In this document: one piece after another, positions 13,040 through 24,480 of the stretch
Position numbering within the stretch: position 1 is the first letter of the stretch
Layout: the number at the start of each line of letters is the position of its first letter
DNA from: Octopus sinensis
Taxonomy: Eukaryota
Assembly (NCBI RefSeq): GCF_006345805.1
Contig: NW_021826031.1
Location: 496,001-560,000, forward strand
Reading direction: 5' to 3'
Length of the DNA stretch: 64,000 bases
Translations under genes and position numbers: made by a program
Notes under the pieces: generated by a model
Told to the model about the DNA's origin: nothing
What the model saw: only the letters and a program-made list of their open reading frames with translations
Databases searched by the model: none

Positions 13040-13156
13040 AATACGATCATACTTAGTCGTAAATACCCGTTCCCATTCGAACACGGCAGTTAAGCGATTA
13101 CAGGCTGTTCTAGTACTTGGCTGGGTGACCGCCTGGGAACAAGCAGTGTCGTACTA
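13040..13156 (+). rRNA. 5S rRNA gene (single dispersed copy)
   Basis: Contains gatcatac, cccattcgaacacggcagttaagc and tagtacttggctgggtgaccgcctgggaa; the 5' tacga pairs with 3' tcgta; followed by a T-run Pol III terminator. Confidence 0.92.
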
Positions 13157-13654
13157 TTTTATAATTAACCGATGTTGTCACTTTTTCATCATGGTAATTC
13201 TTTGATCATCGCGATATGCATAGTGTATCAGGCTAAGGAAGATACAAATGATAAACTGTTCATTTAACAAGTTCACCTTTTTACAGATTCATTGACATGT
13301 GATGTTGAACCAATTCCTTTGCTTGCGATTGGTTGGTTCTGTCTAATTGCAGCCAGGTTTGAAAAATGAGATAGTTATGACTTTGGTAGCATTGTAAACC
13401 TGAGGGCTATTGGAAGCAAAGTTGCGATCTTTTGTCACTGGCCCATGTTGATAGTTTTGACACCTTGGTAAAACTTTAGTAAATGAAAAGACTGAGCAAG
13501 CGTGGCAATGCAGATATTTTTCTAAAAATCTAAACGACTTTCTCCAGAAAGCAAATCGTTTATGAATTTTTGATTCCAAATAAAATTGCTCGCGATCTGA
13601 ATCAGTTTATGTCACCCGGAATGTGAGCAACAATGCACTACAAACACACGTGAG

Positions 13655-13775
13655 ATTCATGAGGCGAAACATTGTAAACATAATGCTTTGGAAGCCGAAA
13701 TGTAGGCGAAGATTTTTTATAGTGAAAAGACAGATTATTTGCAAGTTGTTAAAGAATGCAATATCTGCAAATTTT
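13655..13775 (+). mobile_element. Remnant of an integrase-type HHCC zinc-binding domain (Ginger/gypsy-like)
   Basis: HEAKHCKHNALEAE...QVVKECNICK, with a stop or frameshift. Confidence 0.3.
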
Positions 13776-14217
13776 TAAAACTAGAAAACCAAACCTTGAA
13801 TTTAATTTCATTAAACCTAATTTAAATTCACCATATTATAAAAAGATGAATGTGCATTATGGAAAATACACTTTTTCAATAAAACAAGATTTCATTATTT
13901 AATTAAATGTAGATCTAAGTTTTAAAAAACTATGGAACTAATTCTTCTTTAAGGCTTGACAAAATTGAGAGCCCATATAGCGATAAAGTAGGAATTTCAA
14001 ATTTATTATCAAACAATTGTTTAGAAGTTAGTATATGTAAAATACTGTATTTTCTGAATTATAACACGCAGATTTTTGCTATATAATTCCGGTATTTTTA
14101 GGTTTGTTTTACTACCGAGGAAAATGGAGAAAAAAAATCTATTTGTTTTTACCCAATAGATTAATTTTGATGTTATAAATTTTCATTAATGTAATTTAAT
14201 TTTTGGTAAAATCTGTA

Positions 14218-14950
14218 TCATAAAGTCTCTTCCAACAACACAATAGGGGAATATATAAAAAATGCTTTTAGAGATGGATAATTCAAGCTCATGACCGAAG
14301 GCTTGTTAACGTTTAGGATGGAGTAGGGTTTCGTTGGAGAAATAAGCTTGAAAATTTCAACACTGATCCCGAAAATACTATAGATTTTACGGCGTTGCGT
14401 GTTGCGCTACTATTGTGATATTGATTAAAACGCGTTTGGTTGCTTACAGTGCACGTGACAGTTTAGGGATCAATAAAGGAAGCGATTTGAAAGTTTTTTT
14501 GAATTCCTCCTGGTTAAAGTTCAGATGATAGGTGAATAAAGATGTCGCCGTTTCTACATCCAAGATGAATCCTAACTTAAACTCAATCGGTTTGATCCAA
14601 TAGGTTGTTTGTATATAGAGTTCTTGATCCTAGAGTAATAACAGTTCATGTAGAATGTAGAGTTGTTGAAATGGGGGAAACAACTTTGAATCCAGAGGAG
14701 CATAATCTTGTACCACTTGCAGAATAAGCGCTAGGGTTTTATCTAAAGAAAATGGGTATTCGTGATATAAAGGGCCATAACTGGAAATGGCTGTTATGGA
14801 TGCGGCCTTTAATGAAAGTCTCCAACTATGAGAAGTAAAGAGTTGAGTCGATTTGATAATTTTCTTGCAAGTTGATTACCTGGTTAAACTTTTTAGTGCG
14901 GTTAAAAAAGTTCTGGTTTCATTTTCAACAAATGGCTTTTTGAATCTGAA
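14218..14950 (-). CDS. Possible hypothetical gene or pseudogene, no recognisable family
   Basis: Several 40-60 codon open stretches separated by possible micro-introns; no motif recognised. Confidence 0.25.
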
Positions 14951-15474
14951 TTTGCATCTTTACTATATATAAAAAATAATTCCGGAATTGACTAGCAAAC
15001 AAAGGACCACATTTCGGGGGATTAATTAAAACTAAAAAAAAGAAAGTCTCAAGGAACCTAATTAATTTTTTGTTAATCCTTCCAATTTTTTAATTTTCCA
15101 GTGGCATTTTTGTTCTTAAGTATTCTCCTTGAGAACATGTTTCAGCTGAGACTAGCCTCTGTTGGTCTCTTCACTGTGCTGAATGTGACGGGTTAGTTCT
15201 GTATCCTATGTTTAATTAAATTCGATTCGAACTTGTTTGTTCAATTTTTGTATTGTGGTTAACGTTGAGTGTAATGTTTTTGCCAGTTTGATGCCTTCCC
15301 GGCAATATTGATTAGACATTCGTGGAATTTGGTTATTAATCTAGTGCAAGGAAGAGTAAATAAGGTCATTAGGATGAATATCTAATTAGCCATTCAAGGC
15401 GGAAGTGAGCGCTGTGGTTTCTACGAATTGAGATTGGATAGATTATAATAGTACGCTACAGAGCGCACGATAGT

Positions 15475-18249
15475 ATGGTGTACGACGAGAAGGTGAAACT
15501 GACACTGGAAGAACTGATCAAGACTGAGGGAGACTACATCAGGACAATAGGAGTCGTCAAGCAAGTGCACGTGAGGTTAACGAGTGGAAGGAATATCTTC
15601 CGTACATGAAGGAGCATCCGATTGCGGAGGACAAGGTACGACTTATCTTCGCCAACATTGTGCAAATCCACGAATGGCACGACAAGTATGGCCTTCTGAC
15701 TATCAAGTGTTTTCTACAAAGAGCTGATGGAATGTCCGGATGACCCTTTCGAAGTGGCCCAAAAATTCATTCATTACGTACTGTCCTGAGTTTGATGTAG
15801 GCGAGGGACTTTCACATGTACGTGCGATACTGTGAGAACTCCAATCGGGCCAATTTGGTGGCGGGGGAGAACGAGCAGTATTTCCTGGTGTGTGGGGTCT
15901 GTGACTGTAGACTATGATGAAAAACAACCCTCGAATCACTCTCCACATCAAAGACCTCATCATCCGCCCAGTACAACGAATTATGAAATATCAACTTCTG
16001 CTTGATGTAGCCCCATAATCCTACTCCAGATCGTCCTAAAAGGACTTCTCAAGGACGAATTCGACGTCTCCTCCATCCAAGCGGCCATCAAATCCATTTC
16101 CGCCATCCCCGCCAACGCCAATGACATGATGAGTGTCACCAGGATACGAAAATTTCCTGTTGTCTCCAAATTTTACTACTTTCAGGGCAAACTGACCGCC
16201 CAGGGTCCTCTTTTCCTCCAGAGTGCAGTCCATGTGTCGGATGGAGGAGAATTTGTCAACAGACAGGCCTTTCTCTTTGAACAGGGACTGCTCATCACCA
16301 CTCTGTCTTTGCCCACCAAGAGATTCGATCTTCCGAACTATGAATATGTGACAAGTGTCCCGGTTTCACACATTCTGTAAGGCTAGATCAATTTGTTGGA
16401 CATAAAAATAACGGAACGAGAGAAGGAGGACCAATTTATGATTATCAACACCACCAACCATCACCGATTTGTTCTCAGATTCGAGGAAACTTCCACATTC
16501 GAGAAGTGGTTAGCCAAAATCGAGTCGATGGTCCTACGTCGATGCAATTTTTTGAGTAGTAAGAATCTCCCGTGATTGGCAGTATTGGCTGACCCATCCA
16601 CGGAGACAGTCCCTGTCCAGTACTCCACATATGAGAGATCTCCGATCATGACCTTCTTCATGTCTCATAATACCGCATGTGATCCCCCCACAATCAGTCT
16701 GATCGAATCAGTCATTGGGTATGTGGGCCACCCCGTGGTGCTTCGGGCAGAGTTTTTTGGTCGTCCTTATCCGACAATAAAGTGGAAAAAGGATGGAAAG
16801 GACCTTGAGGAGTCATGTCCTATAACTCCTTACTGCACATACCTCGAGGTGCGGTGAGTCGACTAGTCCTAGATCTTATGTTTGGTGGAGGAAGACGAGG
16901 GGGAGTACACGTTGGAAGTAACGAACCAGCATGGGACAGTGGAGGAGAGTGCTGTGGTAACAGTGAGCAAAGGTAGAGGACTGGGGGAAAAACGATTAGA
17001 GGATTTAACTCCACAGGAGACTCCGAAAGTGCAGTCTCTTTGGGCGGGAACAATCACGGTGGATTGGACAGACACATATATAAAGAAACAAATAAATGTG
17101 TTGTATGATTTGGAAATGTGTGGAGGTATTGGACAAAGTGATTGTAGACAGTGGAGAGTGGGTTACTATTGCTCTCAACTTGGAGTGCTCATCCTACCAC
17201 GTGAATGCGCTCAACTCGGAAGAATCCTACTCCTTCAGGATCGTGCCAGTGGTGAACTATGTGTGTCACCCTCCATCAGCACAGACTCCTCCCTTGCATC
17301 CCATTAAACACGACCAGTATAACACCAATTACATTGCTCGATGGGATATACTACAATATTATACATTTCCACAAAAACATAAATTCAGATTGGTCCAATT
17401 GAGGGTAGAACGTAACCACGAAAGACACTTGGCAGAGACACGGCACCTCCACGAATTGGCAGGGGTCGCTTACTCATTTGAATTAATAAAAAAATACAGA
17501 AATGAACACATTCTGGCCATATTCGATATATTCACAACACCCAAAAATACTATCACTCTCATTTACGAGGAGTATATAGTCCACATGCATATCTAGTGTG
17601 CTCGACGACAATCTACTTCTCTACTTGTCCAGGAACAAGGACTACCCTCAACACACTGTCATATTCTTTGTTGCACAACTCATCCGGGCAATCCACTTCC
17701 TACAAAAAAACAATATTCGTCACTGCAATATCAAAGTAGTCCTCCCAATCACTTCAGCCTGAATCACTCCACGTCCTCAGGAAGAGCAGTCACACATTTC
17801 TCAAACTTGGAGGACTCCACTACATGACAGACCACTCAACTCTCCCCTCATACTTTGTCCCTGATCACCAATTCTCTCCTCCAGAACTCGCCGTTCGACA
17901 ATCACACTACAACACTGATATTTGGTCCTCCTCTCTCTTTACTCACAGGTCTGCCGGAGCTGTTCTCTACACTCTCCTCTACGCACAGTCCCCCACTCTC
18001 ACATGTAAAATCCCTTCAGACCACGTGCTTTCCATTATGCTTTCAGTCAATCCAGAGTAATCGCACTCACTCAGTTCTGTAGTGATAGATCCAATGCCGA
18101 AACGTGTCTGGTGGAGATCCACTCGCTCATTACTGATGAAGTGTCCACCTTTCCTGGCCAGAAACTTGCCAAATATCTCCACAAACGAGCCACCCAGGTT
18201 ATACTAATCTCACGATTTGTAGAAGGGAAATACGTGTTGCATATATTGA
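15475..18249 (+). CDS. Trio/kalirin C-terminal-like protein: RhoGEF (DH)-PH-Ig-FN3-pseudokinase (start uncertain)
   Basis: LEELIKTEGDY, LIIRPVQRIMKYQLLL, GKLTAQG, GRPYPTIKWKKDG, DEGEYTL, an FN3-like W...YSFRI segment, and a kinase-like C-lobe IRHCNIKPES...PPE...TDIWSAG; many 22-27 nt introns. Confidence 0.8.
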
Positions 18250-18899
18250 GAGGACTATTTTACAATACAAGAGGACTATAATATATTTAATAAACCACAC
18301 TTTCATAAATTGATGATAGCATTTCAAACATCTACGACACCCATAAAAATGTGCCTTTACAATCAAATAGGGATGGGAATTTTGATATGACTGCAATATA
18401 TAGAGACCGTCCTTGAAGAAACGCGTCCTGATTATATATCTAAAGAATCTTAAGAATGGCGCTAAGCGATCCATGTCATAAAAACCTTCCGGAAATTTTT
18501 TAATTCTATAATCAAAGGAAGACGAGTTAGCTCTTTCAGAAAATCTCGGTTGCCGTGTTCTGCGAAAGCTACCGTGAACTGACCCTTAGGATCTCGGCTA
18601 CTTTTCCAGCCACCTATTCTAGCTAACATCTAACCTATTTATTAACTAATTATTCATTTTAAAAATTAAATAAAAATTTATTTGTTTCGAAATTCCGAAA
18701 CTGAAATTAATGTGCGGTTTAGCATTTAATATCATACCTTGAATAAATAAACAATGAAACTTTTGTATGTTATATTACAGTACAACTTTGAAATTTCCAT
18801 CATTATCTTACAATACCAAATTGTGATCAAAATCTCTATTTGGAAATAAGAACTCAATATTCAAGAAAGTTTCTTTTTTTTTAATTGTTTCAAAAAAGA

Positions 18900-19335
18900 T
18901 TAACTGCCGGCGCATAAGATCCTTATTTTGCTTTGCAATCTTTGTTTTCAGCCGACGAAGGAAAGAAGGCGATTCCGGGCAGATGACCCCGGATGTCTCA
19001 ACGACTATTGGTGCAAATATGTGTTTTCTACGAGTATTTCTTTGTCTTTGCGAGCTCAGCGTGTCTTGCCGTCGAGCCGAGCTCAGAAACTAACGAGATC
19101 AGATATGGGAAAAGAATGTTTTGGAGCATGTCGCGTTCCAGATGAGGCATTTCCCGTCATCGAAGGGAAATGTTTTCATGCCATCTGGGTGCTTTCCATC
19201 TCCGCAATCCAACCCGAATAATTTGAGCACATTATGGAATCCCGCAGATGCTAGGGCGCGGCTCATCATTAAGCCCAGAGTAGCGAAGGAAACGGCCAGC
19301 ACTACGACGGAAGGATAGCGGGTGTAGTCCCATTG
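18900..19335 (-). mobile_element. 3' fragment of a CRE-like element
   Basis: GLHPLSFRRSAGR and DGKHPDGMKTFPFDDGKCLIWNATC motifs. Confidence 0.75.
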
Positions 19336-20438
19336 CGATACCTTCAAACATCAAAATCCTGAATGCAACTTGCAGTCTATGTAACGTGGATTGTGTCTGG
19401 TTGAGCGTGTACCTATAGTGGCATAACAAGTGTTGTGTTCCGAGCTGTGTATTTAGAGATGACTAGTGTGTGTATTGACTGGTTGTATTCATTACACTAA
19501 TGTTAGTGGTATTTATGGAGTGACTGCCAATTTCGTTGTGTTTGGTCGTGAAATAAAAGAGTAGTGAATTTAAACCAGCTCAACTTAAGAATGTCGTTAA
19601 GCTGAATACACGCTGAACTTAAGCATATCGTTAAGCGGAAGAAAAAAACCGACCGAGATTCACGTAGTAATGGGGAATGAATTAGGAATAGTTTATCGCT
19701 GAATCATAGTTCAACTACGAACTGTGGCGTTTGCGGTGTTATTAGGAAATCTATACAGTACAAAGTTCTATCAAACGGGACTTTCAGAGAAAGTGAAAAG
19801 TCTGTAGTAACTGTGTACGTATTCCTGCAAACATCGTTAGAGTCGACTTGCTTGTTTCGAAATTCTAGCTAAAGTGGGTGAAAAGCTTCACCTAAGACTA
19901 AATAAATGCACGAGCTCGATTGGGAACAAATACCGTGAAAAGAAGTTAAAAAGAACTTTGAGAAAATGGTTTAAAGTGCGTAAATAGAGCCTTGATGTTT
20001 TTCGTTGCATTTAGCACGCAAAGCAGCTAGAAGATTGTTCTAACTGGTCTCTAGTTTTAATGTGCCCTTTTGATGACTGTGTATCCTGTTTATTGTTATG
20101 GTAATGATTCTAGCAGTTTGTTGGCGAGTACTAAGGATTAGCCTTTTGATGATTAACATGCAATGAAAATCGATTTTCAAAGTTGGGTATAGGGGCGAAA
20201 TACTAATCGAGCCTTCTATACCATTTACAAGTCAATTTTGCAGCTGAGGACATCATTTTTGCAATCTGGAAATTAAATTTGCAGTCAAGAATGGCAATTT
20301 TGCATGTAAGAAATCCGGTTTGCGGTTAGGAAAATCATTTTTGCAAATAGTAAATGAATTTTGCGACTGGGAAAACCAATTTTGCAATCAAGAAATTATA
20401 GTAGCTGGTTCTCTCCAAAATTTTTCTCAGGATAGCTG
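19335..20438 (+). pseudogene. Orphan rDNA fragment: 3' half of 5.8S, ITS2 and 5' 28S (mutated, internally deleted, interrupted)
   Basis: 5.8S-like aacatcaaaatcctgaatgca...ggttgagcg; 28S-like acgctgaactttaagcatatc, gaacaaataccgtga, gggtataggggcgaaatactaatcgagccttcta and gtagctggttc...ctcaggatagctg. Confidence 0.85.
20219..20400. repeat. 182-bp insertion containing 8 degenerate 20/21-nt units with TTTGC core
   Basis: The G of TTTGC is at 20240, 20261, 20281, 20302, 20322, 20343, 20363 and 20384; the insert is flanked by TA. Confidence 0.85.
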
Positions 20439-20503
20439 ATAATTTTCTGGAATCTTGAATACATTTAATTTATTTTAACAGTTTTTCAAGTAACTTAGAA
20501 GTA

Positions 20504-21319
20504 CACTTAAACCTCTCTATAGTGCCATCCCTTTATAATGCCACCCCGCTTATTGCCACGTCATGTTTTGGTTCTTTGAATTTGCCAACTCAGAATACGG
20601 AGACTATCTGTCAAAAGAAGGACTGTTTGTGAAATACTACGACACAGAGTCAAATTAGAAAACTTTTAACTCAAAAGCTAGGCGCATTAAATCTACGAAG
20701 CATTTGGATTTGAAGGAAGCTCTTTGGATTTAATTTGTAAACAAAAGGTCTCAAAATATTGTTTTGAATGATGATTTAGGAATCATGGATTTCAAATATT
20801 CAAATGGATGAATGCAGGGGTTTAAGCAAAGACATAATATTTGAATCCATTTATTGTCAGGAGAGAGTTCAAGCGTGGATCCTAAAACAGTTTATGATGG
20901 GATTGAAAATCAAACGAAATTTGTGCCAAATATAATGGAAATGCGGACAGTAATGCTAAAAAACAGTGTCATATTGAAAAAGACCAAATATTGTGTACAC
21001 TTCGAAGAATCAATGACAGTGATGAAGAAGACATAAAAGAAGACTTTACTAAAAAAAGACCTTCTAAAAATGATATGGCTAATGCGTTCGAGTTTACTCA
21101 GGGATGTCGGAAAAAAGCTTACAATATATTAAACATATTAAAAGGGAATATCGGGATTGTCTAAAAATAGTTATAGACGGTCAACGATTATGGAGTTTTT
21201 AATAAATATTGAATATTTTGTGTTTAATTAATTTTAGTAGGGTCGCATTATAATGCTACCCTGCAAAATAGCCATGAAATATTTGGTTTTTTTCGTGGCA
21301 ATATAGAGAGGTTTAAGTG
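20504..21319 (+). mobile_element. Non-autonomous pogo/Tigger-type element
   Basis: TIR cacttaaacctctctat / atagagaggtttaagtg; TA TSD; CENP-B HTH remnant FKYSNG*MQGFKQRHNI...LSGESSSVD. Confidence 0.88.
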
Positions 21320-21437
21320 TATTTCGTGAAATACTTGTTTAGGTGTTTTATAAATTTGTTGCAAATGTCTATAAACAAAAACATTTTTAAACTAATTTCA
21401 AATTTTCAAAATCAATAAGCTATATATTAAAAATAAG

Positions 21438-22194
21438 GGTACTTTTGTAGTAGTCTACAGCCACTTTTTAGCGAGTTTCTGGGATCATCTCAAGGAGACA
21501 GCTTTTTGTCTCTCGACATATCCCTCCAAATACCCATTGCTGGGGCAATACTCGGCCTTTGTTAAATTTGCGTTTTGAAAAATGACTCTCATCTATCTCG
21601 ACTACCATTCCTTCACCTCCTAATACTATTTAAATATACACTAACCTATTTTCCTTCTTCGACGAGTTGTGAGTGATTGTATGCAAATATCACGAAGGTA
21701 CATCGACCAATCCACAGTCGTATGCCCAGCCCACCCCAAATTGTCTGAACACACTTTGACCGATGATATGTTATTGGCCCACAAGAAAATAAATCTTATG
21801 ATATCCTCCAAAGGTACTCTGGCTCCCTCTAGCCAAGTTCCTGTACATTTTTACAACGTATTTTATACCGGCTTTCAATCCAGAACTAGTTCTGCACTCT
21901 CTTTTGTGACAATACCATACCGGTAAATTGCACATTCTGAGGGACATCGAGTGGCCGCGGCTGCATAACTTGACGATAGGCACTATTCCATTAGTTTGCA
22001 GGAATTTTGTGGCTTCGGTAGTGTCTTTTGGTAAATTGAACAGGTTGAGTTCACGTCTCATTTAAATTTATAACACGTTGGATTATTATTTTATTTTATA
22101 GTAATTAATTATAAAACACATATATTATCACTGTAAAAAATACTATTATTTTGAAACTCGCTAAAAAGTGGCTGTGGAGTACAACATAAGTACC
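21438..22194 (-). mobile_element. Merlin element related to 6102-6940; 3'-truncated transposase with two micro-introns
   Basis: TIR ggtact...cagccactttttagcgag; perfect 8-bp TSD aaaataag; VEIDESHFSKRKFNKGRVLPQQWVFGG motif. Confidence 0.9.
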
Positions 22195-22299
22195 AAAATA
22201 AGTTATCGATTGCATGTTTAATAATTTATTAGAATGAAATTTCTTAACTCAGAAAGTGTAGAATTAGTTGTTCTTCGGATTTCCATGTAATTCCTTTTC

Positions 22300-22770
22300 A
22301 GGATCGCCACTAATATCCTCTGAGAAATCCAAAGATTGGTATCAAAATTATTTTACCGAGGTCATTTAAAAGTGCCTTTACTTTCTCATCGAGGCTACCA
22401 CCCGTCTCGTAGAATGAATTCCACACTGTTCAAAGAGGCATACTTCGATCTTTTCAAGCTTCGTTTAGAAAACAGGTCTGATCACCAGTTCCTGCCGACG
22501 GGCGGAGAAAATTTTGAAAAGGTGTCGGTGGATTTAACATCTCAGGCGAGGAACTCGTGGTTTCAGTGTTTAGTCCCCACGTTTTAGTCCAGATAGTTTT
22601 TATTTTTTTATTTAACCCAAGAATCACCAACAGTTAATTAAGGTAATTAATTAGGTGATTACAGCAATCATCAAGATCTTTCTCAGTTTTTCCCGATGTT
22701 GGACTCTGGACCCAACACAAGTGCGAGATGGGCGGGGAGCAGTTTTTGTGAGGAATTGAAGTCCAGTTAG
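22300..22770. mobile_element. Decayed CRE-like 3' end (+) abutting the 3' end of another LINE family (-)
   Basis: Weak CRE-type C-terminal remnants; hairpin aatcacc...ggtgatt shared with the element ending near 53050. Confidence 0.4.
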
Positions 22771-23005
22771 TTAGAAATAGATCTAAAAATCCCATTATCA
22801 TCTTTACATTCTAATTTTCTTAATTTAATAAATTGGTTACATTGTGTAGCTATTACAGTACGGACTCTAATTATCAATATGATTAAATTATGTCGGACAC
22901 GTCAAAACCACAAATAAATTACGTGCGAATTATTGAGTAGTCTGCTGTTGATAAACTCGATTTCAATGCCAGTCTTTTAAATAGGATTTGCGTCAAATTA
23001 AGGAA

Positions 23006-24176
23006 ATGGCAAACGTTGAGCCCACAACTCTTTACATTTCTGGAATACATCCTAATACAGAAGAACGAGATTTGTCGGAACTGTTTTCCACAGTTCCGGG
23101 ACTCGTGGCAGTCAGAATGGCGGACTATTCCACTGGTTTCGATTCGAAACAGGCCTTTGCAGATTATTCGACAGACAGGGCAGGTTTGAGTATTTGATCA
23201 CATGCTATCAGCCGTCAGGGCAATAGAACAATTCGACTATAGTTTGTTCAAAGGATTGCCTCTACGAGTGATGAGAGCGAGCAGGGAGAAAAGCAAACAT
23301 GTTTGTGTCAAGGGAATTCCCTCCGATTACAGTCGCGATGACGTGACGCTCATTCTCAATTACTCAGGAAAAGTCGCGACTTTCGACGTAATTCTGATGT
23401 TTGTATCCACAGCTATTTCCCTCGGTGAATAATGAGCAGATGTGTTACGCCGAGTTTTATGAGGAGGAAGATGCAATCAAATGCTGTGAAACTCTCGACG
23501 GGTTTGTCACAGACGGAAAAAAACTGTAAATTATGGGATCTATTGCCAGGCTGTGCAATCTTTATTTCCCATTTTCGGGAAATGAAAATGTCGACCTCAA
23601 AGTGACAGGCTTCAAGAAATGTAACGAAAAAATGTTGTGGAAACTGTTTTCTAAATTCGGAGCAGTCAAAACTCGCATGGTATGTCTAACACAAATATTT
23701 GCAGGTTGTTGAACAAGACAAACCAGTTTATGGATTAGTCTCATTCGACACGAGAGCACTAGCAGAGAAAGTGAGATTCCCTTCATTACTTTCAGGCCAT
23801 TGATAAGATGGACGGGTATCTGGAGAATGACTCCGTGTTGACTGTAACGCGACTGTTGACATCTAAATCTGAGAAAAAGACGACTGAAGTGGACAAAGGC
23901 ACAACACTCGTCGTCAAAAACTTTGATTTGACAATCCCCGAAAGTACCTTCATTAATCTTTTTGAATCTTTTGGCGAGATCGTCAAGTACAAGGTTATCC
24001 CAACATTTCATTCCCAGATTGACAAAACTCCAAAGAACAATCGAGGATTTGCCTTCGTTACCTTTAGAGATTTTGATTCTGCAGAACATGCTGTGAACGC
24101 TCTAAATAATACTGCCTTTCTTGGAGAAAATGAACGTGCCAAAAAACTAAATGTCACTTTTTTTAAACTCTGTTAA
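23006..24176 (+). CDS. Divergent 4-RRM polyadenylate-binding-protein-like protein lacking the linker and MLLE domain
   Basis: RRM1 TLYISGIHP...FDYSLFKGLPLRVM (compare PABPC MNFDVIKGKPVRIM); RRM4 GTTLVVKNFD...NRGFAFVTF; about 4 micro-introns. Confidence 0.65.
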
Positions 24177-24247
24177 TAAATATGATAGACTTTCTATATC
24201 TATGAGACTTTTAAGTTGCTTAATTTTCATGCTTACTCATTTTTTAG

Positions 24248-24480
24248 TATCAGAACTTTTTATTCCCAGATTGTGAAAACTTCAAAGAGCAATCGAGGAT
24301 TTGCTTTCGTTACCTATAGAGATTTTGGCTCTGCAGAACAGGCTGTAAAGGCTCTTAATAATACTTCCCTTCTTGGTGAAAATGAGAAGGCTAAAAAACT
24401 AAATGTCACTTTTTTTAACTCTGTTAATAAATATTTTAGGCTTTCTATCTCTGAAAATTTTAAGCTTCTTAATTTGTGTC
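24248..24480 (+). repeat. Diverged tandem duplicate of the end of RRM4 and the 3' UTR (copy of about 23995-24225)
   Basis: SNRGFAFVTYRDFGSAEQAVKALNNTSLLGENEKAKKLNVTFF versus NNRGFAFVTFRDFDSAEHAVNALNNTAFLGENERAKKLNVTFF. Confidence 0.9.

Noticed and set aside
13200-13600. Minus-strand ORF 13343-13579 as a gene
   Set aside because: No recognisable motif and no consistent spliced model could be built by eye.
20219-20400. CRISPR array
   Set aside because: The conserved core is only 5-8 nt, the spacers are 12-13 nt and related to each other, the context is eukaryotic and there are no cas genes.
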